64,000 nt of DNA. Source: Oscillospiraceae bacterium. Lineage in GTDB: Bacteria; Bacillota; Clostridia; Oscillospirales; Ruminococcaceae. Position 1 is the stretch's first letter. Each line of letters begins with the position of its first letter. The translations under genes were made by a program, and so were the position numbers. This document shows positions 45,426 to 54,398 of this stretch, piece by piece. The notes beneath the pieces are model-generated. The model saw only the letters and a list, made by a program, of their open reading frames with translations, did not search any database and was not told the origin of the DNA. Where the stretch lies: contig JAZQCT010000054.1 of NCBI GenBank assembly GCA_045546475.1, positions 3,342-67,341 of the forward strand. The letters run 5' to 3'.

Positions 45426-45811
45426 GCATTTCCCTCCAATCGAAGCAGGTCCCTGCCCTGTGTGAGCAGGCACTCAATGTTCTGTGTGTCTCTGCCGAAG
45501 ATCGCGGCGGCTTCCGCAATGGTGCAGCCTGCGTGATCGTGCAGGTAAAGTACTGCGGCGCAGTCTGCCGGCAGAGCTGCCAGCTTACCGACCCGGCGGT
45601 TCTGGTTGTTTCCCATTCTGACAGTTTCCCGCAGCAGCAGCTCACGGAGCTGTCCGCTTTGCGGCTCTGTCTGCGTTTCCTGCAGCGTGAGAAAGACCTG
45701 CTGTGTGATCTTCTCCGCTTCCGGTACACTGCCCGTATAGCAATACGCCAGCCGCAGCACCTGATTACCATACTGCCGGAATGCCCGCAATGCCATATTC
45801 TCCTCATTCAT
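45422..45811 (-). CDS. Shortened ECF-sigma paralog (129 aa, region 2.3-2.4 segment missing)
   Basis: SD aaaggaag 8 nt before ATG 45811. N-part aligns to sigma 43853..44332 (ALRAFRQYGNQVLRLAYCYTG..AEKITQQVFLTL). About 30 aa are absent. Region 4 is retained (CTIAEAAAIFGRDTQNIECLLTQGRDLL). Confidence 0.55.
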   Translation of the reverse strand: MNEENMALRAFRQYGNQVLRLAYCYTGSVPEAEKITQQVFLTLQETQTEPQSGQLRELLLRETVRMGNNQNRRVGKLAALPADCAAVLYLHDHAGCTIAEAAAIFGRDTQNIECLLTQGRDLLRLEGNA

Positions 45812-45893
45812 GATTACCACTTCCTTTATCTGTGGGGGTGTTTGTTCCCCTTCACTTATTACACAATCCAGAAATGGATATTTGTGCAGCTCT

Positions 45894-45923
45894 GAAAAAA
45901 ATTTCCGGCGGTATGCCGGAAAT
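45894..45923 (-). terminator. Intrinsic terminator after MATE 45940..47316
   Basis: On the minus strand, atttccggca-tacc-gccggaaat followed by ttttttt. Confidence 0.7.
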
Positions 45924-45939
45924 GGTAAAATGGCGAAAA

Positions 45940-47316
45940 TTAGGGCGTGCGCTCATTCCCTACGATATTGGTGATCCACACGCCTCTGCGGATGAGTACA
46001 TAACCGACCACTACCTTGATGAGATCTGCGGACTGCACAATAGCATAGACTGCAAGGATCGGCATATCCGTATAACTGCATAGCAGCAGAGCCATGGGAA
46101 CGGGCAGCACCCATGAATATACACTGTCAAACAGAAAGGTGATGAGTGTTTTGCCGCCGGAACGCAGCGTGAAGTAGAGCGCGTTGAGAAATCCCTGCAC
46201 GGGGAAGAACAGTGCTGTGATGAGAATGAACATTGTTCCGTAACGCCGGATCTCCTCCGTTGTATCATAACAAAGGGGGAATACGCCGGACAGGGATCCA
46301 AGGATGACTGTCAGCACCAGTGTTACACCGCCCGTGAACCACATCAGGCTGAATGCCTCACGCTTTGCCTCGTCATATTCCGCCGCACCGAGCCGCTGTC
46401 CGACCAGGATGCCCACCGCAGAGCCGAGTGCAACGAACACAACATTCAGGAGGTTGCAGATGGCGTTAGAGATGTTCAGTCCTGCCACGATCTCCAGTCC
46501 TCTTGTGGAATAGCACTGTGTCAGAGCTGCCAGACCGCCTGCCCAGAGAAATTCATTCAGAAAGATGGGCAGACCCTTCAGCAGGATCTTCCGGCAAAGC
46601 TCCGCCGGAACTGTGAAGCTCCGGTAAAGCCCCTGCAGGAAAATATGCTTGTCCTGCCGTGCATGTGCCCAGATGACGACCACGCCGCATTCTGCAATGC
46701 GGGCGAGGACGGTTGCAATTGCTGCACCGCTGACACCCAGCTCCGGCATTCCGCATTTGCCGTAAATAAGCGTATAATTGAATACGATGTCCACCACAAC
46801 GGATGCCACACCTGCGAGCATGGGCTTGATGCTGTCGCCGGTTTCTCTCAGGCTGGATGCATAGATCTGTGTTACTGCGAAGAACGGCAGACCCAGGAGC
46901 ATGATCATCAGGTAATCCTTAGCATAGTGCATCGTCAGCTCCGCATCCACGGTATCGCTCTCACCATGCAGGTAAAGACCAATGAGCTGTTCCGGAAAGC
47001 ATAGAAATACAGCAATCCCGCCCAGCAGACAGACAAGACAGATCCACGCCTTCATGCGGAAGGTATGGCGGAAGCCGTCCAGACTGCCCTGACCGAAAAA
47101 CTGTGCCGCATAGATGCCGGGACCGGACAATCCGCCGAATATCGCAAGATTGAATACAAAAATCAGCTGTCCTACGATCGAAACGCCCGTCATCGCCTCC
47201 GTGCCAAGGCTGCCCACCATGACATTGTCTACCAGTGCAACGGCATTAGTAATGCCGTTCTGGATCATCATAGGAATGGCAAGCATGAGGGCGCGTTTGT
47301 ATACATTTTTCTGCAT
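45940..47316 (-). CDS. MATE-family efflux transporter
   Basis: 12-TM protein. AVALVDNVMVGSLG, SLRETGDSIKP, MATE repeats. Confidence 0.85.
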   Translation of the reverse strand: MQKNVYKRALMLAIPMMIQNGITNAVALVDNVMVGSLGTEAMTGVSIVGQLIFVFNLAIFGGLSGPGIYAAQFFGQGSLDGFRHTFRMKAWICLVCLLGGIAVFLCFPEQLIGLYLHGESDTVDAELTMHYAKDYLMIMLLGLPFFAVTQIYASSLRETGDSIKPMLAGVASVVVDIVFNYTLIYGKCGMPELGVSGAAIATVLARIAECGVVVIWAHARQDKHIFLQGLYRSFTVPAELCRKILLKGLPIFLNEFLWAGGLAALTQCYSTRGLEIVAGLNISNAICNLLNVVFVALGSAVGILVGQRLGAAEYDEAKREAFSLMWFTGGVTLVLTVILGSLSGVFPLCYDTTEEIRRYGTMFILITALFFPVQGFLNALYFTLRSGGKTLITFLFDSVYSWVLPVPMALLLCSYTDMPILAVYAIVQSADLIKVVVGYVLIRRGVWITNIVGNERTP

Positions 47317-47366
47317 ATTTGCCTCACTTTCTTATAGTAAATCGTTAGTATATCCCATAAAATTCA

Positions 47367-47398
47367 CATGTCCTGCTTTGGTGACAAAGCAGGACATG
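47367..47398 (-). terminator. Hairpin after the FHA-SEDS-PBP operon
   Basis: catgtcctgcttt-ggtgac-aaagcaggacatg, 13-bp perfect stem. Confidence 0.65.
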
Positions 47399-47403
47399 AT
47401 ATA

Positions 47404-48771
47404 TTATTCTGTTAAGCTCGCCTTCAGCTCCTGCAGAAGCACAGAGGCGATCTGGGAGGTGCTGACCTCGCCGGAATAGCGGTTTTCGATCACGATGCAG
47501 AATGCAACAGGGAAATCCGGATCATCCGTAAAGCCGGTCAGAAGGGAGTTTTCCGTCTTGGCATTGCCGATCTGCGCCGTGCCGCTTTTTACGCCGACCG
47601 TTGTGCCGGGGAGCAGACTGCCGTAATTCTCCGCGCCGTTCTCCAGCATGATGGTACGCATCGCCGCAGCGGATCCCTCGGAAAACATCCTGTCTCCGGT
47701 CTCCGTTTCCGCCTGAACGGTCAGGTCGCCGTTGACTTTGGCGGCATTGGCAATGAGGTAGGGGAGTGTCATTTCACCGCTTGCATTGGCAATGGCACTC
47801 TGCCATACCATCAGCTGCAGGGGACTGACAAGCGTTTCGCCCTGCCCCATACAGCTCCACTGTGTATGAAATTCCTCCGGGCTGTTGAGCGTGGTGGAGG
47901 CAGTAAAGGCAGAAATGCCGTTCACGGACAGCGATGCCCCGCCGGAATCGTTCACATCATAGCCAAGCTTCTTGTAGACCGACTCGATCGTGGAAAGCGG
48001 CAGGTCGGGATCCTCCACAAGCTGTGCAAAAAAGGGATTGCAGCTGTTGGCGAATGCTTCGGAGATGTTCTGGGTGCCGTGACCGCTGTCCTCGTGGCAC
48101 TTGATGGTCTTGCCTTCCTTGTTCACATAGCTGCCCGTGCAGGTGTACTGTTTGGCGGACAGCTGCTCCATGCCCATTTCTTCCAGTCCGGCGATCGTGG
48201 TGAAGATCTTCTGGGTCGAGCCGGGTACGGTGGGATGGAACACCTTACAGAGCATACTGCCCTCCGCAAGACTGTCGAGGTCGGTGTAATTGTTCAGGAT
48301 ATTGATGCTGGGCTTGCTCAGGCAGACATAGATCTCGCCGGTGATGTAATTGTATGCGACCGCACAGCCGTCCTTACCGCCGAAGGCATCATAGACCTTC
48401 TGGTTTACCGCATGGTCAAGCGTGGTATTGATGGCAGCTCTGCCATCCTCACGCACACCGAGCGTGAAGCTGTAATTGGTCAGCAGATCCTTGTTCTTCA
48501 TTACAAGAGTATTGGTCATCTGCCGGGAGTCGTCGCCGATGAAGTTTCCGACATCCAGGAAGTGGCTGGAACCGTAGGTGTCCTTATCCGCATCCGGATC
48601 GAACAGGACATCACCGCTGCGGTCATACACACAGCCCAGCGGGACGCTGTTCTGATGGGAGATGTAAAAGGCGGATTCGGACAGGATCGTATAGACCAGG
48701 ATCCCCACGCCGACGAGAAATGCCAGCAGCATCAGGATGATCAGACGCTGCGCTCTGCGGATACTTTTCAT
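47404..48771 (-). CDS. Penicillin-binding protein 2-type transpeptidase
   Basis: N-terminal TM. STQK (SxxK), SCN (SxN) and KSGTA (KTG-like) motifs. ATGA overlap with the upstream FtsW/RodA gene. Confidence 0.85.
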   Translation of the reverse strand: MKSIRRAQRLIILMLLAFLVGVGILVYTILSESAFYISHQNSVPLGCVYDRSGDVLFDPDADKDTYGSSHFLDVGNFIGDDSRQMTNTLVMKNKDLLTNYSFTLGVREDGRAAINTTLDHAVNQKVYDAFGGKDGCAVAYNYITGEIYVCLSKPSINILNNYTDLDSLAEGSMLCKVFHPTVPGSTQKIFTTIAGLEEMGMEQLSAKQYTCTGSYVNKEGKTIKCHEDSGHGTQNISEAFANSCNPFFAQLVEDPDLPLSTIESVYKKLGYDVNDSGGASLSVNGISAFTASTTLNSPEEFHTQWSCMGQGETLVSPLQLMVWQSAIANASGEMTLPYLIANAAKVNGDLTVQAETETGDRMFSEGSAAAMRTIMLENGAENYGSLLPGTTVGVKSGTAQIGNAKTENSLLTGFTDDPDFPVAFCIVIENRYSGEVSTSQIASVLLQELKASLTE

Positions 48772-50093
48772 GCGTCCACCTCCTTTACTGCGGGTACTGC
48801 GGCTTTTTTGGACTTCTTCTTTTTCTTCTTTGCGGACTTCTCCGCTTCCACCTGATGGCGGAACAGCGGAGACTGGGTCGCCTTGAGCATTCCGACCAGA
48901 AATCCGCAGGTCATCATGGAGCTGCCGCCCATGGAGACAAAGGGCAGCGTCACGCCTGTGAACGGGATCAGGTTGCAGGAACCGAAAATATTCAGTGCCA
49001 TCTGCACCACAAAGACTGCCACAACACCGTCAGCAACCATGGCATGATAATAATTCTTGGGGGGATTCATCAGCGGGGTCATGAGCATCATGAGAATGAT
49101 GATGATCATAAGGAAGGCATAGAGCAGCCCCCATTCCTCACAGATGGTAGCAAATACAATGTCCGATTCATAGGCGAACACATTGTGGAGATTGCCCTGT
49201 CCCGGTCCGAGACCGAGAAAGCCGCCCCTGGCAATGCCGATCAGAGCCTGGCACTGCTGGTAGCCGTTGCCGTACTGGTCAGCCCAGATATCCACATGCA
49301 GTCGATCCTGCACATAGGCGGGGGCAAGATTCCACGCGACCACCAGCACAAGGGCAGCCACGCCGCCCATGATGCCCAGAGCAGTCCGGGAGATCTTTGC
49401 TCTCGGATAACAGAACCGGCAGACCAGCGCACAGCCAAAGACCGCTGCAAAGGTCGGCAGGCTTCCGAGATCCCGGCACCACCACTGCAGAGCAAAGATG
49501 ACCAGTGCCGCACCGCACAGGCAGAGAGTGTCCTTGGAAACATAGAAAAAGACGATCTTCAGCTTTTTATGCAGCTCCACGATGGAGGCGGCACAGATGA
49601 GGATGAAGCAGGGCTTGATGAACTCCGAGGGCTGGAGGGAGAACGAGCCGATATTGATCCACATGCTGCGGTCGCCCGTCAGCAGGAGAATACTGAGGAT
49701 CAGAACACCGATCACACCGTAGATGTATTTCTTCTTTGTGCGGATCCATTCATGGTTGCGCGTCAGCAGGAAACCGCCCTGACATGCCGCAAGCGCAGCG
49801 ATGCAGGTGATCATATGCTTGAAGGACAGATGCACGCCGCCGAAGCAGGACTGGAAGATCAGGCTCATGTTCAGCACGCAGAGCAGGAGTATGTCGATCG
49901 TATAGGTCATCTGCTTGTAGATCGCTGTGACGATCACATAGACGAGATCAAGCGTCAGCACACCGGCTGTCAGGAGCATGAGGTCAGCAGGGGATTCATA
50001 ATTACCGCTCACAAGCACCACGCCGAGCATGGACAGATGGGTCAGGAACAGCAGACCAATGCAGCTGTAATAGGTCAGACCGTTTTTAAACAT
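48768..50093 (-). CDS. SEDS-family peptidoglycan polymerase (FtsW/RodA/SpoVE)
   Basis: SD gggagg before ATG 50093. Polytopic. QPSEFIKP, ESDIVFA and PFVSMGGSS motifs. Lys-rich tail. Confidence 0.85.
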   Translation of the reverse strand: MFKNGLTYYSCIGLLFLTHLSMLGVVLVSGNYESPADLMLLTAGVLTLDLVYVIVTAIYKQMTYTIDILLLCVLNMSLIFQSCFGGVHLSFKHMITCIAALAACQGGFLLTRNHEWIRTKKKYIYGVIGVLILSILLLTGDRSMWINIGSFSLQPSEFIKPCFILICAASIVELHKKLKIVFFYVSKDTLCLCGAALVIFALQWWCRDLGSLPTFAAVFGCALVCRFCYPRAKISRTALGIMGGVAALVLVVAWNLAPAYVQDRLHVDIWADQYGNGYQQCQALIGIARGGFLGLGPGQGNLHNVFAYESDIVFATICEEWGLLYAFLMIIIILMMLMTPLMNPPKNYYHAMVADGVVAVFVVQMALNIFGSCNLIPFTGVTLPFVSMGGSSMMTCGFLVGMLKATQSPLFRHQVEAEKSAKKKKKKSKKAAVPAVKEVDA

Positions 50094-50568
50094 GGCGCAC
50101 CTCCCTTTTCTTTTTGTCGTCTGCGGACGGCTGGGGCTTCTGTCGGCGGAAGCGGACAACGGTATTGCCGAGCCGCACTTCGTCCCCCGGCATCAGACGC
50201 ACCTGATGGATGCGGCGGTCATTGACAAAGGTGCCGCCCCGTGCATTGAGGTCGGTAATGCTCCATACGCCGTTTGAGACCGTCATCACAGCATGATAGC
50301 GCGATACGGACGGGTCGGAGAAGCGGATGTCGGCGGAGATATGCCGCCCCAGCAGGATTTCATCCGCCTCCAGCGGATAGTGCAGATCGTTGTACTGCAG
50401 CTCCATATTGGCACTGAGCTTCTGCCAGCGTTTCTGGCAGAGCTTCGCTTCACGTCTGACTGCAAAGATCACACTGAGCGCAAACAGATCCAGAATGACC
50501 ACGGCAATGACCAGGATCACAAAGCCGCCGGCATTCAGTGATGATAGCATTTCCTGAAATTCGGTCAT
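50086..50568 (-). CDS. Membrane-anchored FHA-domain protein
   Basis: N-terminal TM then FHA core (ILLGRHISADIRFSDPSVSRYHAVM..WSITDLNARGGTFVNDRRI). Overlaps the SEDS gene start by 8 nt. Confidence 0.8.
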   Translation of the reverse strand: MTEFQEMLSSLNAGGFVILVIAVVILDLFALSVIFAVRREAKLCQKRWQKLSANMELQYNDLHYPLEADEILLGRHISADIRFSDPSVSRYHAVMTVSNGVWSITDLNARGGTFVNDRRIHQVRLMPGDEVRLGNTVVRFRRQKPQPSADDKKKREVRHV

Positions 50569-50599
50569 GTAATTTCCTCCTGTCTTTTCTTTTCCGGAT

Positions 50600-50860
50600 C
50601 CGTGCGCCGCCGGGGTTCCAAGGGACTTTGTCCCTAAATCCCCCTCCCTTTGGCAATGTCATCAACTTAAGCGGGTTCAAAGGGCAAAGTCCTTGCCGGT
50701 GCCGGTGCGGAGCACCGGCTCAATCTCCCCCTCCCTTGGGGAGGCGCCAGGGGGTGGGCCAGTTTTGCGGAACCATCGTTAGAATGCTAAAGTTGACAAC
50801 ATTGTTCCCTCTGGGAGGAGGCGGAGGGAGGACAAGCCTCCGCAGTCCCCTTGCAAAAAC
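50600..50860. repeat. Composite hairpin-rich repeat block in the divergent FHA/ackA intergenic region
   Basis: Shares tttgaacccgc.taagttgatga.attgcc (inverted) and aaagttg..acattg.tcc.ct.gggagg modules with 6819-6999. Also contains ccggtgcggagcaccgg and cctcccttggggagg hairpins. Confidence 0.65.
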
Positions 50861-50888
50861 TTTTTTACAATTATTTCTTCCAAAACCC

Positions 50889-50916
50889 TTGCTTTTTTTC
50901 GAAAAAAGTATATAAT
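50889..50916 (+). promoter_or_regulatory. Possible promoter of ackA
   Basis: TTGCTT-16-TATAAT. Confidence 0.35.
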
Positions 50917-50979
50917 AGTAATAGTAGTGCCTTTTTCAGGCAGACAATCAATCATTTTTTACCGAAAGGAAGAATAATT

Positions 50980-52179
50980 ATGCTGATTCTCGTTGTAAAC
51001 GCAGGCAGTTCCTCTCTGAAGTACCAGCTTCTGAACATGGACGATGAGAGCGTACTGGCAAAGGGCAACTGCGACCGTATCGGAATTGACGGTCACATTT
51101 CTCACAAGACCGCAGACGGCAGAGCGTATGACGCTGACTGCACATTCCCGACACATACCGAGGCATTCATGGAGCTGGTCAAGGTTCTGACCACCGGTGA
51201 CGCTGCTGTCATCAAGAGCATGGATGAGATCTCCGCTGTGGGTCATCGTATCGTGCAGGGTGCAGAGGTGTTCTCTGAGACCACTCTGGTCAACGATGAG
51301 ATTATTGAGAAGATCGACGAGCTGCGTGAGCTGGCTCCGGTACATAACCATGCACATGCACTGGCTCTGCGTGCCTGCAAGCAGGTTCTGCCGGCAAGCG
51401 TTCCGCAGGCTGCTGTATTCGATACTGCATTCCACCAGACCATGCCCGAAAAGGCTTATATGTACGGCTTCCCGTATGCTGACTATGAGGAATACCATGT
51501 CCGCAAGTACGGCTTCCACGGTACATCCCACCGTTTTGTATCCGCAGCTCTGGCTAAGGCAATGGGCAAGGATGCAAAGGATCTGAAGATTGTATCCTGC
51601 CACCTCGGCAATGGTTCTTCCATTACTGCTGTAGACGGCGGCAAGTCCGTGGATACCACCATGGGCTTCACACCCCTGGACGGCGTTCTGATGGGTACAA
51701 GAACCGGTGCGGTTGACCCGTCCGCTGTTACCTTCCTGATGGAGAAGCACGGCTTCACACCGGCACAGATGTCCGATTACATGAACAAGAAGTCCGGTTT
51801 CCTCGGCGTATCCGGCGTTGGTTCTGACAACCGTGACGTAACTGCTGCTGCAGAGCAGGGCGACAAGCGTGCGCAGCTGGCAAAGGACATTCTGGTATAT
51901 GAGATCAAGAAGACCATCGGCGCATATGCAGCAGCCATGAATGGTCTGGATGCGGTTCTGTTCACAGGCGGTATCGGTGAGAATGCACCGGACGTTCGTG
52001 AAGCAGTATGCTCCGACATGGATATTCTGGGCATCAAGATCGACACCGTTGCAAATGCCGGCATCAAGGGTAAGCTTGCAAAGGTTTCCCAGTCCGATTC
52101 CAAGGTTGAGGTTTGGGTCGTTCCGACAAACGAAGAGCTGCTGATCGCCCGCGATACACTCGCACTGATCTCCAAGTAA
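50980..52179 (+). CDS. ackA: Acetate kinase
   Basis: SD gaaaggaag before ATG 50980. ILVVNAGSSSLKYQL, GHRIVQG, HGTSH, GGIGEN motifs. Confidence 0.95.
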   Translation: MLILVVNAGSSSLKYQLLNMDDESVLAKGNCDRIGIDGHISHKTADGRAYDADCTFPTHTEAFMELVKVLTTGDAAVIKSMDEISAVGHRIVQGAEVFSETTLVNDEIIEKIDELRELAPVHNHAHALALRACKQVLPASVPQAAVFDTAFHQTMPEKAYMYGFPYADYEEYHVRKYGFHGTSHRFVSAALAKAMGKDAKDLKIVSCHLGNGSSITAVDGGKSVDTTMGFTPLDGVLMGTRTGAVDPSAVTFLMEKHGFTPAQMSDYMNKKSGFLGVSGVGSDNRDVTAAAEQGDKRAQLAKDILVYEIKKTIGAYAAAMNGLDAVLFTGGIGENAPDVREAVCSDMDILGIKIDTVANAGIKGKLAKVSQSDSKVEVWVVPTNEELLIARDTLALISK

Positions 52180-52200
52180 GCGAAAAACCTGATAGAAACA

Positions 52201-52238
52201 AGAGCCGCTGTGTTGATGCACAGCGGCTCTTATTCATA
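52201..52238. terminator. Bidirectional terminator between ackA and hydro-lyase alpha gene
   Basis: agagccgctgtg-ttgatg-cacagcggctct followed by tattcatatt. Confidence 0.75.
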
Positions 52239-53081
52239 TTACAGCATCATCTCCGCATGTCTCGTCACATGACAGCCGACATTGACCGCCACAGGAAGAC
52301 CCGCGATGTGGGTGGGGGCTTCCTCAATGTTCACGCACAGTGCTGTGACCGTCCCGCCGAAGCCCTGCGGTCCGATACCGAGCTTGTTGATGGAAGCAAG
52401 CATCTTCTGCTCCAGCTCCGCATAGAGGGGCTTGGGATTGCGGACAGCCGCATCACGGCAGAGTGCTTTCTTCGCAAGATACGCACAATGCTCAAAATTG
52501 CCGCCGATTCCCACGCCGACCACGATGGGCGGACAGGGGTTGCTGCCGGCTTTTGCAATGCAGTCCGTCACGAACTGCACAATGTCATCATGGCTTGCCG
52601 CTGGTGTCATCATCTTCATGGCGGACATGTTCTCGCTGCCGAAGCCCTTGGGGCATACGGTGATCTTCACCCCATCGCCCTCGACCAGCTCCAGATGCAG
52701 GACGGCGGGGGTATTGTCGCCCGTATTCACGCGCTCCAGCGGATCGCCCACAACGGAGCAGCGCAGATAGCCCTCGGTGTAGCCCTTGGATACGCCGGCA
52801 TTGACTGCCTCGCGGAGTGTGCCGCCCTCAATATGGACATCCTGTCCCAGCTCGACGAATACGACCGCCATGCCGGTATCCTGACAGATCGGGATGTCCT
52901 CCTCCCTTGCTGCCTGTAAATTGGCAATGAGGTCATCAAAGACCGCCTTTCCGACAGGGGACTGCTCCTGTGCGGCACATGCGGTGATCTTCTCCTCCAG
53001 ATGACGGGGGAGAATTTTATTTGCGCGGATGCAGAGTTCTGCAACGGCGTTGGTGATTTCCTGTGCGGTGATGGTTCTCAT
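52239..53081 (-). CDS. Fe-S type hydro-lyase alpha subunit (class I fumarate hydratase / tartrate dehydratase alpha)
   Basis: ~280 aa. PICQDTGMAVVF, GFGSENMS and CPPIVVGVGIGG motifs of the FumA-N/TtdA family. No beta subunit adjacent. Confidence 0.8.
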   Translation of the reverse strand: MRTITAQEITNAVAELCIRANKILPRHLEEKITACAAQEQSPVGKAVFDDLIANLQAAREEDIPICQDTGMAVVFVELGQDVHIEGGTLREAVNAGVSKGYTEGYLRCSVVGDPLERVNTGDNTPAVLHLELVEGDGVKITVCPKGFGSENMSAMKMMTPAASHDDIVQFVTDCIAKAGSNPCPPIVVGVGIGGNFEHCAYLAKKALCRDAAVRNPKPLYAELEQKMLASINKLGIGPQGFGGTVTALCVNIEEAPTHIAGLPVAVNVGCHVTRHAEMML

Positions 53082-53104
53082 ACTGTTTCAGCTCCTTTTG
53101 AAAA

Positions 53105-53232
53105 TTCGCTCACTGCGTGAGCGTTAAGGGGGTGTAAAGACTCCCCAACCCCTCCCCGAGGGGAGGAGCTTTTATTAGGAGGCGGCTGTGCCGCCTCCAC
53201 CGCCCAAGAGGCAAGCCCCTTGGAACCCCATT
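53105..53232. repeat. Hairpin-rich intergenic repeat
   Basis: cgctcactgcgtgagcg, ccccaacccctccccgaggggagg (shared with 5341-5470) and ggaggcggctgtgccgcctcc hairpins. Confidence 0.6.
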
Positions 53233-53237
53233 CGTTC

Positions 53238-54398
53238 TTAACTCTCCAGAATTTTCCCGTCGATCATGACCCATACGGGGTCGTTCATGACATTCAGCGG
53301 ATCCTCCGCGAAGAGTACCAAATCGGCATCCAATCCGACCTCGATCCTGCCGATGCGGTCGGATACGCCCAGAATGTCCGCTGCCTCCGAGGTGATCGCG
53401 CGGAGAGCCGCTTCCCTCGGCATTCCGCCCTTGACAGCAAGTCCGGCGGACAGGGCAAGGTACTGGATCGGTACCTCCGGATGGTCGGTACAGATGGCGA
53501 TCTTCACGCCCCTGTCATGCAGGATCGCCGCATTCGACAGCGCAAGCTCCCGCATTTCCGGCTTGCAGCGGTCGCAGATGATCGGACCTGCGATCACGGA
53601 AATGCCCATTTCCCCGAACAGATCCGCCGCAATATGCGCCCCTGTTCCGTGTACGATCACGCATTCCAGACCAAATTCCTTGCAGATGCGCAGTGCCGTG
53701 CAGACATCATCCGCGCGGTGACAGTGGAAATGTGCCTTCTGATCGCCCTCTAAAAGCGGCAGGAGAGCCTCGCATTTTGCATCATATTCCGGCATTTCCT
53801 CCTCATCCGGATGCTCCTCAAAGCGGTGCAGACGCTCCGCATAGAGCTTCGCCTTCTGCAAGCCCTCACGAATGAGCGCGGCAGTTGCCATGCGGGTGAC
53901 GGGCATTTCGTCACGGTCGCTGTAGACGGTTTTCGGATTCTCGCCGAGTGCGAATTTCATGCCGCAGGCACGGATCATCATTTCATCCGTATAACGTCCG
54001 GCAGTTTTCATCAGCAGCATCTCGCCGCCGCAGGCATTCGCCGAACCGGGGGATACCATCACGGAGGTCACGCCGTGCATTCTTGCATCCGCAAAGCAGC
54101 GGTCGAACGGATTGATACCGTCCAGCGCACGAAGCTGGGGCGTGAACGGGTCGGATACCTCGTTGCAGTCGTCCCCCTCAAAATTCATGCCGTCCTCGAT
54201 GATGCCAAGGTGTGTGTGCGCGTCAATGAAGCCCGGCAGCAGCCTGCCGCCGTGGCAGTCAATGTCATCCTTGGTGACAGTATCGGGTCTGCCCTGCTCC
54301 ACAGCGGTGATCTTTCCGTTTTCTACGATGACATAGCCGTAAAAATGTACATCCTCCGTCATGGAGTAGATTTCTGCATTATAAATAATCATTCGCAT
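53238..54398 (-). CDS. Amidohydrolase-superfamily metal-dependent hydrolase
   Basis: PGFIDAHTHLG metal-binding start, later HCH and TDHPE motifs. Substrate unknown. Confidence 0.7.
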   Translation of the reverse strand: MRMIIYNAEIYSMTEDVHFYGYVIVENGKITAVEQGRPDTVTKDDIDCHGGRLLPGFIDAHTHLGIIEDGMNFEGDDCNEVSDPFTPQLRALDGINPFDRCFADARMHGVTSVMVSPGSANACGGEMLLMKTAGRYTDEMMIRACGMKFALGENPKTVYSDRDEMPVTRMATAALIREGLQKAKLYAERLHRFEEHPDEEEMPEYDAKCEALLPLLEGDQKAHFHCHRADDVCTALRICKEFGLECVIVHGTGAHIAADLFGEMGISVIAGPIICDRCKPEMRELALSNAAILHDRGVKIAICTDHPEVPIQYLALSAGLAVKGGMPREAALRAITSEAADILGVSDRIGRIEVGLDADLVLFAEDPLNVMNDPVWVMIDGKILES

